From the human T2T-CHM13v2.0 reference genome, Homo sapiens: a stretch of DNA of 64,000 nucleotides. Where the stretch lies: NCBI RefSeq assembly GCF_009914755.1, contig NC_060933.1, one strand, 5' to 3'. The position numbers and the translations under genes are program-made. Below are positions 17,690 to 30,810 of the stretch, piece after piece (position 1 is the first letter of the stretch; the number at the start of each line of letters is the position of its first letter). Below the pieces are notes generated by a model. The model had not been told where the DNA came from. It saw nothing but the letters and a program-made list of their open reading frames with translations, and made no database searches.

Positions 17690-17957
17690 ACATCAGGCAA
17701 GCTCTGGAATCTCAGTAGCTTAATATAATATTTTTCTTGCTTATTTGCACTCAGTCAGGCAGGCAACCTTCCTCCATGCTGCAGCTATGCTATCTGTGAC
17801 ATGTGGCCTCCAACATTGCTACAACAAAAGAAGAGAAACAGGGGAGTCTTATGTGCCTTGTCCCAGATGACACTCTCTCCTTGGAGTCACATGGCTCTAA
17901 AATAAGTGCAAGGGAAGTGGGAAAACTTGGCGAGCACTAACTGTTAGCTGCCTCACA
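17690..17957 (-). mobile_element. Old MaLR LTR (MLT1J/K-like) fragment
   Basis: 'aatctcagtagcttaa...gtcacatggc...tgcaagggaagtgggaaa'. Confidence 0.45.
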
Positions 17958-18242
17958 CCCAACTTTCTGTAGAAGAGTAAATCAGCCAGATGTCTACCCT
18001 GTAGGGGGGAAGTAAATAAGGTTGCCAAGGAAACTTTTCTAGAGGATAGTTTGAAATTGCTAAGTACAGCTGGAGACACAAGATAATGATTTCACGCTTC
18101 ATACCCTTACTCAGTTTCCAGAGTTGGGGCTTTGACCCAGACAAGGAGCGGAAGGTAGCTGGTATGGCCCCATTTGACTTCATATCTGGCTAGAATACAA
18201 GTTTCTCAATTTCAACTCCAATGTCATGAAAACTAGACATTA

Positions 18243-18403
<161 letters not shown>

Positions 18404-18993
18404 GAAAACTAGACATTACACATTACTTCCTTCTAGAATGAAAGGTTCTTATTGAGATATCAAATTTACCTAAACTTTCCACATGAAAAAAATTTACTTC
18501 CAGGTCTTACTTGATAGTAAATGTTTATTAACGCTTGTAAATTAAAAATTACTTGAAGATTTTTTTTAAACTACTGATATCGGTCTCCTATTTCAGGCCA
18601 ATTGAGTTATAATGTCTGAAGACAGGCCCAGACAATGATTTTGTTTTTAAACAAGCTGGGTAATTCTTAAAGGCAGTTAAGGTTGACAAGTTCTATTTTA
18701 GACGTAAATCCATCTCATCTCCTACAAATTACCATTTTCTATTGGTTTTAAGTCTGAAAACCTTTAAAAAGTATTAGTGCCTAAGACCCACCTCAGATAT
18801 TCTGATTTAATTGATTGAGTTGTCGGGGGCTGAACTTGGGGATATTTGAAGTTCTTCATGTGATTTTAACAAGAAGACAAGTATAAGAACTGCCATTTTG
18901 TGTCAACACAGCCATCCCTAAACCTCCTCACCAGACCAGAGGTGGCATGACCAAAAAGGGGTTTCAGGAGAAGGGGGTAGAAGCTGCACCGCT

Positions 18994-19014
18994 GGTGCTA
19001 TCCATGGTGCTGAA
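18994..19014 (-). promoter_or_regulatory. RE1/NRSE (REST-binding) motif
   Basis: minus strand TTCAGCACCATGGATAGCACC versus canonical TTCAGCACC(A/C)(C/T)GGACAG(C/T)(A/G)CC; canonical spacing, one core deviation (C to T). Confidence 0.7.
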
Positions 19015-20995
19015 ATGTTGTTGCAATGAATTTATTAGTAACCATGGTGAGCATTTATTATTGTTTATAATATTAACATATAAAATCTTCTATGGTTGCA
19101 TGTTTTTAAATTAAGAGACATAAATATACTGCTAATCATAGAACTATATTCCTATGGATTTTCAGTTCAATATCATGGCTTGTTAAGGGAGAGAGATTGA
19201 GGGATATGGTGAGGGAGGGTCAGGGAGAAGAGAAAGACGTTGAAAGAGAGGGTAATTTGCTGTTTGTCCAGTGATCGGATAGGGCAAAAATAAAGATAGT
19301 TATGACTTGAGCTCTTGATAAATCCACATATTTTTATTTTTAGCTGATGATAGTGTACCGAATACTGAATAATTTTTAAAAACATCTAAATTTTTACATC
19401 CCATCTAAAAAATCGAAAGCATAGTGTTTATAGTTTTGTTTTTCTAAGAAGATAGAGTGACTTTTTTGAGGAAAAGCCTATTTCAAGAGTAACATCTTCA
19501 TCTTATGCTATGTAACAATACTACCACTGAAGAGTTTCAGTTGATGCATTTGTGTAGCTTCATAAAAAATGGGTTAACATGGTGTCAGGGAACTCTAATG
19601 ATTAGATATGGCCAAGAGGTTAATGTTTCCCACCTTTCCCTCCACATTCCTTACATCATTATCACAATTAAGTTGCCCAGTCAGTAATTTATTATTTTAG
19701 GTCTGAAAACCTATACTCATTTCCTCAAATTTTACGGAGATGCTCTATGTTCCATGATTCATCCAGCAATGACTTGGTAACAAACGGTTAAAAGGTTAAA
19801 AAAAAAAAAGAATGCTATACACCTTTCCCAATTTATGAGTGTTATCAGAAACACAGCAAATATTTTCCAGGGTAAATGACATACGACATTATGAAAATAT
19901 GAGCCTCATATGCTAACCTGAAAATGTCAAATATTTGAACCCCACCTTATCAGCAAATAGCTCAGAAATTTATGCCTCTTCCTTGCTAACCTCTAGCATT
20001 TTCCATGAGGTAGTAGTATGTGCATGCACAGAAATCTAATAAAACACATGGAAACACCCTTTGAAACAGTTATACTCCTATTTTCTGCAAGCAATTAAAA
20101 ATTAAGGGCTTTAGGCTAGACACCAGAGGTGCTTGCTAATATGCAGATCCACAGAAGAGTTTGTGGGGAAAAAAGTCTCTCATCCCAAATTAAAATTACT
20201 CAAGAATTCATTTTACTTACAACCAAGCTAAATGAGCTTGGACACCTGAATTTACTGCTTTGGGGGAAAGGAGAGTAAGTTACTGCCCTGTATTTTCTTA
20301 CATACTGTACATTCTAAAGAATGAATTCCAGATCAATCCTATGTTCCCCTAAATGAAAGTTCAGAGCTTTACCAATTTGGTTAGTATAACAATAAAATAG
20401 AGTTCAGCTCTCAGAACTGGCTTTATCCTCCATCTATATCGATATTTAACAAGTGGGTCTCATAAACTCAAGTCTTAGTGGATTCAGGTCAAGATGCTTT
20501 CAAAAACAAACACATCTGATCATCCTACAAGGGTGGGGCAGTCCTCCCTCTAGCACTGTCATCAGTGAGACATGACTTCTGTTCACCAAAGAGACTTTCA
20601 AGAGACAGTTTACCATCAACACATGGAGAATCATTTTAGCACAGCCTCCTTAAACTTCTGATATTCCCCATCTGCAGATTAAACACTCTGAGAATCTTCC
20701 TGTTTACTGACCACTTTCAATGAGGGCTCTGTAGAATCGAGAAGGAGGATGACAGAAGGAGTTGCAGGAGGTACTTTGGAATTGCTCTTCCCATCAAATG
20801 GCCTCAAAACTTCTTCTCCCAGTAGTCATGTTTTTTTTTAAGGAAGTGAACAAAGAAATCATAAATACTCCTATCTCACCATTTAAGAGTTAGTATTACT
20901 GCAGTATGAAGATACTCATCATCAGAACCCACAGACAATAGGTCAAGGGTCGTGGAGTGAAACCATGAATGATCATGGCAACAAGATTAAGTCTT

Positions 20996-21314
<319 letters not shown>

Positions 21315-23165
21315 TTAAGTCTTGCTTGCCTTTTATCTGAGGATCATTGGGCCTGCCCTGCATCAGTGGCCCTGTGATTTCAGTCTCTCACATAACTCTA
21401 GAAAACTCTATTATATCTAGGGCCAATGACAGTTTTATATTGCTTGAAAAACTTGTTTAGAGCTTGTTTGATATTGTGCTTCCAATATGAGTCAACTATT
21501 GGAATAGATACAATATTGAAAAATATCAATCTGGAACTAGAAAAGGACATGTTTAGTCACAGGTTGCTACAACCTTGAGATATAGATGAGCACCATATGT
21601 CTTAAAACTCATAAAATTTAAAAAATTGAATGAAGATACAGAAAATATTTTCATGCAAATCTTTTCATAGCCTTGGTTTAGAGACTGTCCTTGAAACATT
21701 TATCCCACTTAAAACCTTAACCTCATACTTCCCATATTGTAGTTTGGTTGAAACCTCATTTCCGCACAAATTTTGTCCCTATGAAGAGGTAGGCTTCAAA
21801 TACAAAGAGGATTCATTACTGGAAAAGGGAATGAACCAGCTGGGTAAGAGGGGCAGAGACTGTAAGTGCACCTAGAATACTGAGATCCAGTCTTCATTAA
21901 TGATAAGGCCTTCCACTTGATGGGCATCCAAAACACAGACTTGTGGGCCTAACCAATGCTGTGGCCCTTATCTCGGACTATAAGGTGATGCTGGCTATGA
22001 CATCTGGGCAACTGCTGGGCCACTGCCTCTGCTCTATTCTCCAGGCCATTTAGCCATGGGAGGCTGGCAGTGAGCTGCCCGAGATGGGATGAGGATGTCT
22101 CTACCCAGGATCTCTGAGATCTAGGGCATCAGTCCCACCCTATGTCACACCTATAAAGTTGGAATACTGGAGCATGTGACTGGCCCTCAGGCACTGGGAA
22201 CAAATAAGGGGCCTTCACTCTAAGGCTGGGCACAACTGAATGTGAAGGAGCAGAGCAGGTGGAGTTGACAACTGTCTTCAGATGAGAAGACATTGCCAAC
22301 AAACACCCATACCCACAGGCTACTGGGAATAAATGCTCTCTGCAGGGCGCGTATGTGTAGGGAAGGGGTTGCCTCAAGTCCTGCCCTTCCCCAACAATAG
22401 ACAAAGATTTGGAACCAGAGACCAGCTGCTTGTCCGAGCTGATACTGGTTCTGGTTTCATGATCAGTCAATGACCTTGAGGCACATTCTTTTAATTTCCC
22501 CAAAATCTAGTTGCTCCAGTTTTATAAAGTGATGTTAACTTTGCAAATTCAAAGGAAATCTTGATGTCTGCAAGTCCCTGGTCTTGGGCTTTTCACAGAC
22601 CCATTGTTCTTCCTTCAGCCATTTAAGGTTACTTTCTATAGGCATGCCAAATAGACTCTACATTTCCCCCCATATAGACATTTCAACGACAGTCTCACCA
22701 AGATGCAAAAATGGGATCGATTTCGTTTCCCTTAGGTCTGCTGACTCATTTATTTAAGTCAATGGCAAGTCCTAACTTGTTCAATTGTGAAGTGCTTGGA
22801 CAGAAATTACTGCTATTGTAAGAGTGAGTTTTTACACTTTCCAGTGATGCCCCTTCCTTGCCACCAATCCCCTTGCTAGTTGATTCATTTCTATCCTTCT
22901 CCACATTCCTCTTGGGAGCACACTTGAATCTAGTCATTTATTCATTCAAAATCTATTAAGAACCTATTATGAGCCAGGGTTTTGGGAATTTTTGCCTTCT
23001 TCTGGCAATTTTTAGGTGGGTTGGAAATATTCCCGGCCCACTTGTAGCTTCCTTCCACTCTCATTTAATATATAGCACATAACCAGGGTGACTGTATGTC
23101 CTGGTTTGTCTAGAACAGTCCTAGTTTGTGCCCATTATGCAAGCATAACTCTCAATAGTGCCCAC

Positions 23166-24011
23166 TTGGGTCACAAACCACACTGGGTTGTTGCTGCCAC
23201 TGCCGCCATAGTGCCAGCCCCTTGGGTCTCTGCAAGGCCAGGTGATGCTCCAGAATGGGAGATAAGCTGATTTGGAAGCAAACTGAATCCAGCTTCATTC
23301 AACATTACTACCAGTTATTTGATAAAGATACAACCCGAATAGGTACAATTTACATTGACGCGTCATGCCTTAGGTGGGAAGGACAGCAATGACAGGGGAA
23401 AGCTGCCATTGTGGAGAAGTTGTCTAGCCTTCTGTTCCAGAAAATCCAGTACAGCATCACAGGCACAGGACAATTAGCCCACACCAGATAGCTGCATCAT
23501 GAGCATGGTTGTGGGTGAGCTTAAGGTAGATGAAGACCCCATCATCGGGTTCCACCAGATGTTCCTATTAAAGAATATCAGTGAAGCTTGGGTTTGCACC
23601 AATGACATGTTCAGGCTTGCCCTGCTCACTTCGGCTGACCTCCTCTCAGCCAGGCACTCACACTGTTTCCTCCTCACACCTCTTCCCAATACTATTCGTA
23701 CTCCTCCAGATGCTCCAAATATCATACACAAATGAGCAGGGCCACGATGGGAGTGTGCACAGTGTGCTGCTGCCACCAAGGTGTTGTGCATGATGTTTGG
23801 ATGCTAGACTAGTTGCACCTGATGAGAGAAGTCTGTATTGTACCAGTGCATGCCTCAGTAATACATGTGCATGCAAGTAATACAAAAGGTAATCTTTTAA
23901 AAGAATCTACTGACGAGTTGCTCTAGTAACCCAAAGAAGTGAAGGAAAAAGCAGCTGCCTCACTGCCCATTGATTTCTTCAGAAGTTTCAATGCTTAAAG
24001 ATACAATAAAG

Positions 24012-24042
<31 letters not shown>
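23166..24042 (+). pseudogene. NUTF2P: Processed pseudogene of NUTF2 (nuclear transport factor 2)
   Basis: intronless. ATG 23255 reads [23 protein letters not shown]...; premature TGA at 23390-23392 (codon 46); +1 frameshift near 23461 and a -1 near 23628; original stop at 23636-23638; AATAAA 24005-24010; TSD caatagt(g/a)cccac at 23153 and 24043. Confidence 0.96.

Positions 24043-24044
<2 letters not shown>
24013..24044 (+). repeat. (CA)16 microsatellite at the retrocopy tail
   Basis: read directly from sequence. Confidence 0.95.
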
Positions 24045-24046
<2 letters not shown>

Positions 24047-24319
24047 AGTACCCACCTTTACTCAGACTATCTCAGTTTGAATTATAAATGACTTGGTCAC
24101 CCTAAAGATAACTAGATCTATCTGCAGTTCTCATAGACTTTTTGCAGGGTGTGTTTACGGGCAGGGAGATGTGGGAGTGGAAGGAGTCCCATTTACCGGG
24201 ACCACATGAAACCTTAGTTATGTGCTAGGCTGAGACAGGCTGCAAGAGGAAACCATGAAGCTTGCTGCCATCTTGTAAGAATTATGTTTGGAATCAGTTC
24301 TTTTCAGAGGGAGCTAACA

Positions 24320-24490
24320 GGTTGACAGCATAGAGTCCATAGCCAGACCTCCTGGCACCACCATTTCCTAGCTATGGGCAAATCTTCTAACCTCTCTGTG
24401 CCCTGGTTTCCTCATATGTAAAATGAAGATAACCATAGTACCTACATCATGTGGTTGTAAAGATAACGTGAGTCAATGTACCTGGCACAT
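24320..24490 (+). mobile_element. MIR
   Basis: 'gggcaaatcttctaacctctctgtgccctggtttcctcatatgtaaaatgaagata'. Confidence 0.8.
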
Positions 24491-26719
24491 CCAAACTGCT
24501 ATGACATGTTTTCTGCCACACATGATTGCCCTGGATTCAGATCCAAGTCCGAGACAACTACAAAGTGGCCGGACATAAGGGAGGTCAACTTTCAAGGGAA
24601 TTTTGGTGCAAAAGACTCTGGTTCGGACATTGGTAAAATTACCCCAATCGGATCCTTTTAGGAAGTAAATGCTTGATAAACAAGGCAGGTCACTGAAGTT
24701 TTATCTCAAGTTTGGCCCAGTCACAGAATCCTTAGGACCCAGGGTAGCTGAATGCCCAGAAGAAACAATCATCCAGTCCACATTCCTGTGGATGCTTCTC
24801 ATCATCTCTCATCATCCAACTTCATCTGTTGGTGGCTCTCCTCTGCCACCTTAAATAAATACAGGGAGGACGGGCCAAGCTTGATTCACAGAGGAAGAGG
24901 TGCATGAAAAATCTGGAACCTCAGAACCTTGACATCAACAGGAAGCTTCCTATTCTCAACTCTTAAATTGTAACACCCTTCTCTTCAATCACAACTTCAG
25001 CTCAATCCAGCTCCCTGAAGCTCATAAACACCCTGGGCTCCTTGGAGCCTCCATTGTTTCACAAATTATTTTTTCTCCATTTTCATTTTCTTTCATCCAC
25101 AACCTGGATCATGTGTCCTATCATTGTAATGCCCTTTCAGCAACACTTTACTTTCACCTCCCAGTATTTGTCCACCCAAGGCAAGAACGCTTCCAATCCT
25201 GGATTGATCCCACTTGGCACAAGAAAACCCCAAAGGAACTGCAGAATATTTTAGGTTTGTGCTGCTACTCAGTTATAAGTTCACAACTTAAGTGGGCCCT
25301 CAGTGGTGTGCTTTCCTTTCTGTGGTGTAACTCACTAGCCTTCCACCTTCATCCCTATCCTCTACAACTTTACCAACCTCTCCCCCTCCCCTACTGCTTT
25401 CCACCAGGCAGGTAAACCCTGCTTGAGAAACACTGACCGCCAGGATAGAGTCCAATCTCCTTAACTGCTGTCCACCTGCCTCCCCTGAGATCTTGTCCAT
25501 TACTTTGAACTTACAGTTTGCCATCACTCAACGACAATTTGCATGCCCATTTTGCATAAGTGGTTATATCTATCTGAATTTTTTTCACTTCTCTCCAGTC
25601 CACCAGATAAATATTTCTGAACTTTTCAAACACAACCCCCTTCACTCCCTCATCCCAGCTGCCACAAGATTTAATCATTTGTTCCAGTCATATGACTTGA
25701 CACCTCCTGTCATCGGTCTGATATACAGACTGATAGCAGGCAATCACAGATACATTGTGCAACACCTCCTGTTGTTGCCTACGTATCTGTGCTTGCCTAA
25801 CATAGGTCTGTATATCTGTATTTGCCACAAGACATTGAGCTCTGTAAAGTCAAGGGCCTGGTCTTGCTCATCTTTCTCTGCTCAGGGAACTGGGAAGTCT
25901 TCAGGAGACACTCAAAAACCATTGACTGATTAATGGAAACCTCACTCTGACTGGCAAGGCTTGATTTTCACACCTGTACCCAGCTATGTTAAATCAAGAT
26001 CCCCAGTGATGAATGCAGTGCTAGCATCTGAAATTGTCGGTCAAACTGCAAATATAACAGAAGGCAGTGCTCAGACACTTCCCAGCAGCACTCACTGGTG
26101 CAAAGCTCAGAGGTCTTGGGATAGGCACAAGAACTTCACCCTATCTCTAATTGGGCTAATTCTCCCCCAACAAATGAGATAACGCAGTCTTTGTTTTGTG
26201 AATCTGATCAGGAAATGCAAGCCAGACATTAAAGACTGAGTTCGGATATAAGGGGCTGGGAACAGAGAAGAAAACAATCAAGGAAGACAAGAAAGCATTA
26301 AATTTACACTCGAGGTCATGAGAGCTTCAGCTAAAAAGGCAGATAAATAGCAAGCAGCTGGGAAATGTGGAAAAGCTCTGGCAACAGAAAACCCCAATTC
26401 AAGGAATCTGGACTCCTCTGACTCTAGATTCCAAAACAAAGGATTTCTCTGGAAGTTCATGAAGTTCCAGTAAAACTGTTTGGAATTTTACTCGTTTTAT
26501 GTTCTCCTTGATTAAGAGGTTGGGACTTTTTAAAACTCTTTTCAGATGATTTCTGTTTGACTCTTTACTGACCTACTTCTGAGTGTATGTGTGAGAGACA
26601 CTGAACAGCCTAACTCCTGTGTCTACAAGCTTGAGATGAGATCCCCATCATCTCTTCTCCAAGCTTTCAGCCCTCTAACCAACTCCCCCACTCCAAAAAA
26701 TCCTTGATCAGCCCCTAAA

Positions 26720-26885
26720 CTAATGTTTCTAAAACTTTTCTGTGCATACCACCTGGGGATCTTGTTAAAAATGCAGAGTCTGACTCAGTACATCTGGGGT
26801 GTGGTCTGCAAGTCAGCATTTCTAACACACCCCCAGCCAAAGCCATTGCCTCAGCTCGGAGGACCACTGCTGGAGTAGCAAGGTC
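26720..26885. mobile_element. MER5-family MITE
   Basis: 'cacctggggatcttgttaaaaatgcagagtctgactcagta...gcatttctaaca'. Confidence 0.75.
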
Positions 26886-27610
26886 CTACTCCTCCACTAG
26901 TGGACCCAAAAGATGTCACCCAAGGGACAAACACGATGCTCCATTGATCTGCAGGAATAAAGTATCTGAATTTTAGGTTATATTTGTCTAAAAATATAAA
27001 ATCTCAACAAACACAGCTAACCTCACTTGGTCTGTCAGATGACCTCCCAACAGAGAATGTGTGAAAAGGAATACTGAGACAAGGGCAAAAATAAAATTCT
27101 GCAACTCAGAGCAGTAGACAGCAGTGGACTCACTTGTTCATTCCCATTCAGTTTACTGCCTAAACAGTGCCAAGAAACTGCGAAAGGTAACATTAAGAAT
27201 CTACCTCTACCATTCAAAGGTGGTCTAGCAGTTCAAAATGATAATAAAGATTATTTGGAATATAGGCTTATAGTCATCTTTAATGATGACCTTGATAGTA
27301 TATTGCATCTGAAAATAGTATATGCTTATGATTTTAAAGTAATAATCCCCAATTTGAAGAGTACATATGCAAACATTATTTTACTGATGGGGTGTGCAAT
27401 CAAAGTTTGGAGACCACTGTTCTATACCACTAGCTTGCCTTTCCTTTCACCAGAGAATAAACATCCCTAGCCTCTACCCTCCCAACCCATCCTGTCTCCA
27501 GTCCTGTGACTTACCCCCCACCCCCCACCACCCCAACCAATATTTCAGCTGAAGTGGTAGCAGGAAGAGCCAGCAAGCCCAAACTCAGATGATGCCAAGG
27601 GGCAGGGAGG

Positions 27611-28161
27611 TGTTACAGGAAAGTGGTCCAGATCCAGACCCCAGGAAAGGGTTCTTGGATCTCATGCAAGAAGGAATTCAGGGTGAGTCCGTAGAGTAAA
27701 GTGAAAGCAAGTTTATTAAGAAAGTAAAGGAATGAAAGAATGGCTACTCCATAGACAGAGCAGACTCAAGGGCTGCTGGTTGCCAATTTTTATGGTTATT
27801 TCTTGATTATATACTAAATAAGGGGTGAGTTATCCATGCCTCCCCTTTTCAGACCATATAGGGTAACTTCCTGATGTTGCCATGGCATTTGTAAACTGTC
27901 ATGGAGCCGGTGGGAGTGTAGCCATGAGGACAATCAGAGGTCACTCATGGCTATCTTGGTTTTGGTGGGATTTAGCCGGCTTCTTTACTGCAACTTGTTT
28001 TATCAGCAAGGTCTTTATGACCTGTATCTTGTGCCAATCTCCTATCTCATTCTGTGACTTAGAATGCCGAACCATCTGGAAATGCAGCCCAGTAGGTTTC
28101 AGCCTCATTTCACCCAGCTCCTATTCAAGATGGAGTTGTTCTGGTTCACACGCCTCTGACA
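27611..28161 (-). mobile_element. MER41A solo LTR (ERV1)
   Basis: TG...CA ends, 551 bp, 4-bp TSD GAGG; minus strand begins tgtcagaggcgtgtgaaccagaacaactccatcttgaatagg. Confidence 0.88.
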
Positions 28162-28191
28162 GAGGGATCACAGAATCTTAAAGAGGGAAGA

Positions 28192-28550
28192 GTGCGTATG
28201 AGACCAGAATATGCCACCCCAAAATATGACCATAGGAGACCAGAATATCCCATCCCAAAATATTCCTTTTAGGCATAAGAATTATTTTGAGCTGATTATT
28301 TTGAGAAACTACAGACACAGAAGTTCCAAACACAGAGTTGAAGTTTCCTTTTGTAAGGGAAATTTATATCTACAAAGAAAATCTCCATTTGTAAGGGTGT
28401 CTCCCTCTCGGTACCAGGAAGAGAAGGATGACTCACTATAGTCTCTTATCAATGAAGAAGGCACAACTTAAAGCTGCATAACAAACCTTACCTTTCTTTA
28501 CCATGCTTTTCCTGGGTAGCTCCCCATAACTGGACTTCCCCCAACACCCT
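28192..28550 (+). mobile_element. MER34-family LTR, partial
   Basis: 'gagaccagaatatgccaccccaaaatat...ggcataagaattattttgagctg'. Confidence 0.65.
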
Positions 28551-29231
28551 TGTGACCATTTCTCTGACCATTACTCCAATGGCATGATTCCAGCCTCCTG
28601 GCTCTCATCTCTGAATGTGACCTGCTTTGCCTATATGCCTCTGTAGGTATGGAGCACAAAGTGGAATTCCTCACCTAAAGTGTGGTATGACCAGCACAGA
28701 GCAGCACAGGATTCTCACCTCCCTTTTCTCAGATAGTATACCTCTACTAATATTGCCTGTGACGTCTATCCAATAAATCCCCTAAATGTTTTTATTGGTG
28801 CTTGTCCCCTGCTACATCTTCCTCATTTATAATTCCAGAATTCCCTCTTGGGCTGCGGGAGGTTTTTAGACCTTTATGTTGTTAGATTTCATTTATTATT
28901 ATTTAGTATTACCTTCTTATGCCTGTAATGTATTATTGTTTTTGCCTTCCCAGAATGTTTGCCCTTCTGTCTGTAACAGTATTTCTATTTATTTTCCAGG
29001 CAGTCTTAGTGGTGCTAACAATCAAGTGGCTTGCCTTGTTCTGACCTGAGTGTTCGCCAAACACTCCCCAGGCTACAACAGCCGCGCTCCCCTCTGAAAT
29101 CAGGACACAAGAATTGAAAGAAACTGGAACAGATACATCACTTACCCCTGGCATCCAGAACCCCAGAGCATCCTTCCCACAAATTGGTTATAACAAATTA
29201 CCACAAACTCAGTGGCTTAAAAGAGCACCAA

Positions 29232-30810
29232 TTAGGGGTCTAGCATCCAAAATATATAAAGAGCTCTTTTTTCATACATATCCATACTATATAAAGATCT
29301 CTCACAACAACAAAAAGATAACCAGCCCAATTTTTTAAAAAAGGTCAAAAAATGGAAATTTCCTCAATAAAGATATATAGTCAACAAGCATATGAAAAAA
29401 TGCTTGACATCATTAGTCATTAGAGAAATGAAAATACAATTCAGAGTGAGGTGCTACTTCACTCCCACTAATAAAGTGGCATAGTTGTCTGGGGTAAATA
29501 CCCGAGGTTTGTTGTCCCACACCAAGGGAATCAAGGACACGGACACTCAAGAAGTAAGTTTAAGAGCAGAGGCTTAATAGGCGAAAGAAAGAGAACAGCT
29601 CTCTCTCCTGCACACAGAGGGGCGGCCAAGTGGGCCTTCTAGTCCGTGGCAAAGTGCACAGATGAGCTTGAGGCGGCGGTGTCTGATTTACATAGGGCCC
29701 AAAAATTGGTTGGACCAGGTGTGTCATTTACATAGTGCGTGAAGAAGCTGGCCACCCCACCCTAACCTTTTATTATGCAGATAGGTTCTCTACCTGGCCA
29801 GCGCCATGTTGCCTGTTCCTTTACGGTACCCGTAGTTGACCGAAAAAGGAAGATGGAACCTCCATGTTGAACACGCCTGGTCCCCCAGGTAGCACTTTCC
29901 TATTGGCACAGCTGCAGGCATTCACCCGTGCAAGCTTCCAACTTGCTTACCTATATGTCTGCAGCTCGATTTTACAGGCTGGTTTTTTTTTTTTTTTTAA
30001 TAGAAAATAAATGATTTGGGGGCTGCTTTTTATTAAAGGAAAATCTTACTAAGGACTCTCTTACCTTCACTATCTGACTAAATAATTTCTTTCTAGCTCC
30101 TGTTATCATTTGGATAGCTATACTTAAAAAAAAAGAAAAGAAAAGAACAAGTGTTGATGAGGATGTGGAGAATTGGAAACCTTATGCATTCCAGTTATTT
30201 GGTGGGAATGTAAAATGGTTCAGCTGTTATGGAAAATAGTTTGGCAGTTTCTCAAAAAGTTAAACATAGAATTACCACATGACCCAGCAATTCCACTTCT
30301 AAGCATATATACCCCCAATACTGAAAGCAGGAACTCATATTAGTATCTATACTCACATGTTCATAGCAGCACTATTCACAATAGCCAAAATGTAGAAACA
30401 GCCCAAATATCTATCAGTTGATGAATAGCTAAAGTTATTGTGGTATTTATATACAATGGAATATTATTCAGCCATAAAAGGAATGAGGTACTGGCACATG
30501 CTACAACATGGGTGAACTTTAAAATATTTGCCAAGCAAAAGAAGCCAGAAGACGCAAAAGTCACATAAGATTGGATTTCTATGAAATATCCGTAGTATGA
30601 AAGAACACAGATTGGTGGTTATCTGGGGGAGGTGGGACAAAGGGATGGGGAGCGAATGCCTAGTATGTATGGAGTTTCTTTCTGGGCTGATGAAAATGTT
30701 TTGGTCCTAGATAGAGTGTTTGCATAGTACTGTGAATGTACTAAATGCCGCTGAATTGTTTGCTTTAAAATGGTTGCTTTTATTCAGTGAATTTCACTGC
30801 AATTGAAACA
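29232..30810 (+). mobile_element. L1MB-like 3' region, split by LTR9
   Basis: L1 ORF2-end/3'UTR phrases; 'cactcccacta' resumes as 'ggatagctatac' after the LTR. Confidence 0.8.
29472..30108 (-). mobile_element. LTR9-family solo LTR (ERV1)
   Basis: minus strand begins tgataacaggagctagaaagaaattatttag and ends cctcgggtatttaccccagacaac. Confidence 0.75.

Larger units (their letters stand above)
23085..24104. mobile_element. MER94 (hAT-Blackjack MITE) split by the NUTF2 retrocopy
   Basis: TIRs 'agggtgact' and 'ggtcaccct'; halves 23085-23165 and 24043-24104. Confidence 0.75.

Noticed and set aside
18928-18948. CTCF-like 'agaggtggca' next to the RE1 site (similar partial matches near 11752 and 39580)
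   Set aside because: Only the 3' half of the motif matches; expected by chance.
23499-23735. 78-aa ORF with NTF2 similarity as a functional CDS
   Set aside because: Internal fragment of a processed pseudogene, downstream of a stop and frameshift; it lacks most of the fold and runs into the 3'UTR.
25493-25933. Longest ORF (146 aa)
   Set aside because: Non-ATG start, overlaps degenerate L2-like sequence, no recognisable domain.
27611-28161. MER41 as an interferon-inducible STAT1 enhancer
   Set aside because: This copy is the short A-type. I see no TTCNNNGAA tandem at the position where MER41B carries it (minus strand aaaaggggagg joins directly to catggataa).
28200-28263. Tandem gagaccagaatat...cccaaaatat duplication
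   Set aside because: As I recall, this is part of the MER34-family LTR 5' end itself rather than a locus-specific event.
28980-29150. Isolated strong splice signals (acceptor near 28999 on +, donor near 29141-29146 on -; other donors near 2146, 33371 and 61307)
   Set aside because: Could not be paired into consistent exons on one strand. lncRNA exons cannot be excluded without transcript data.
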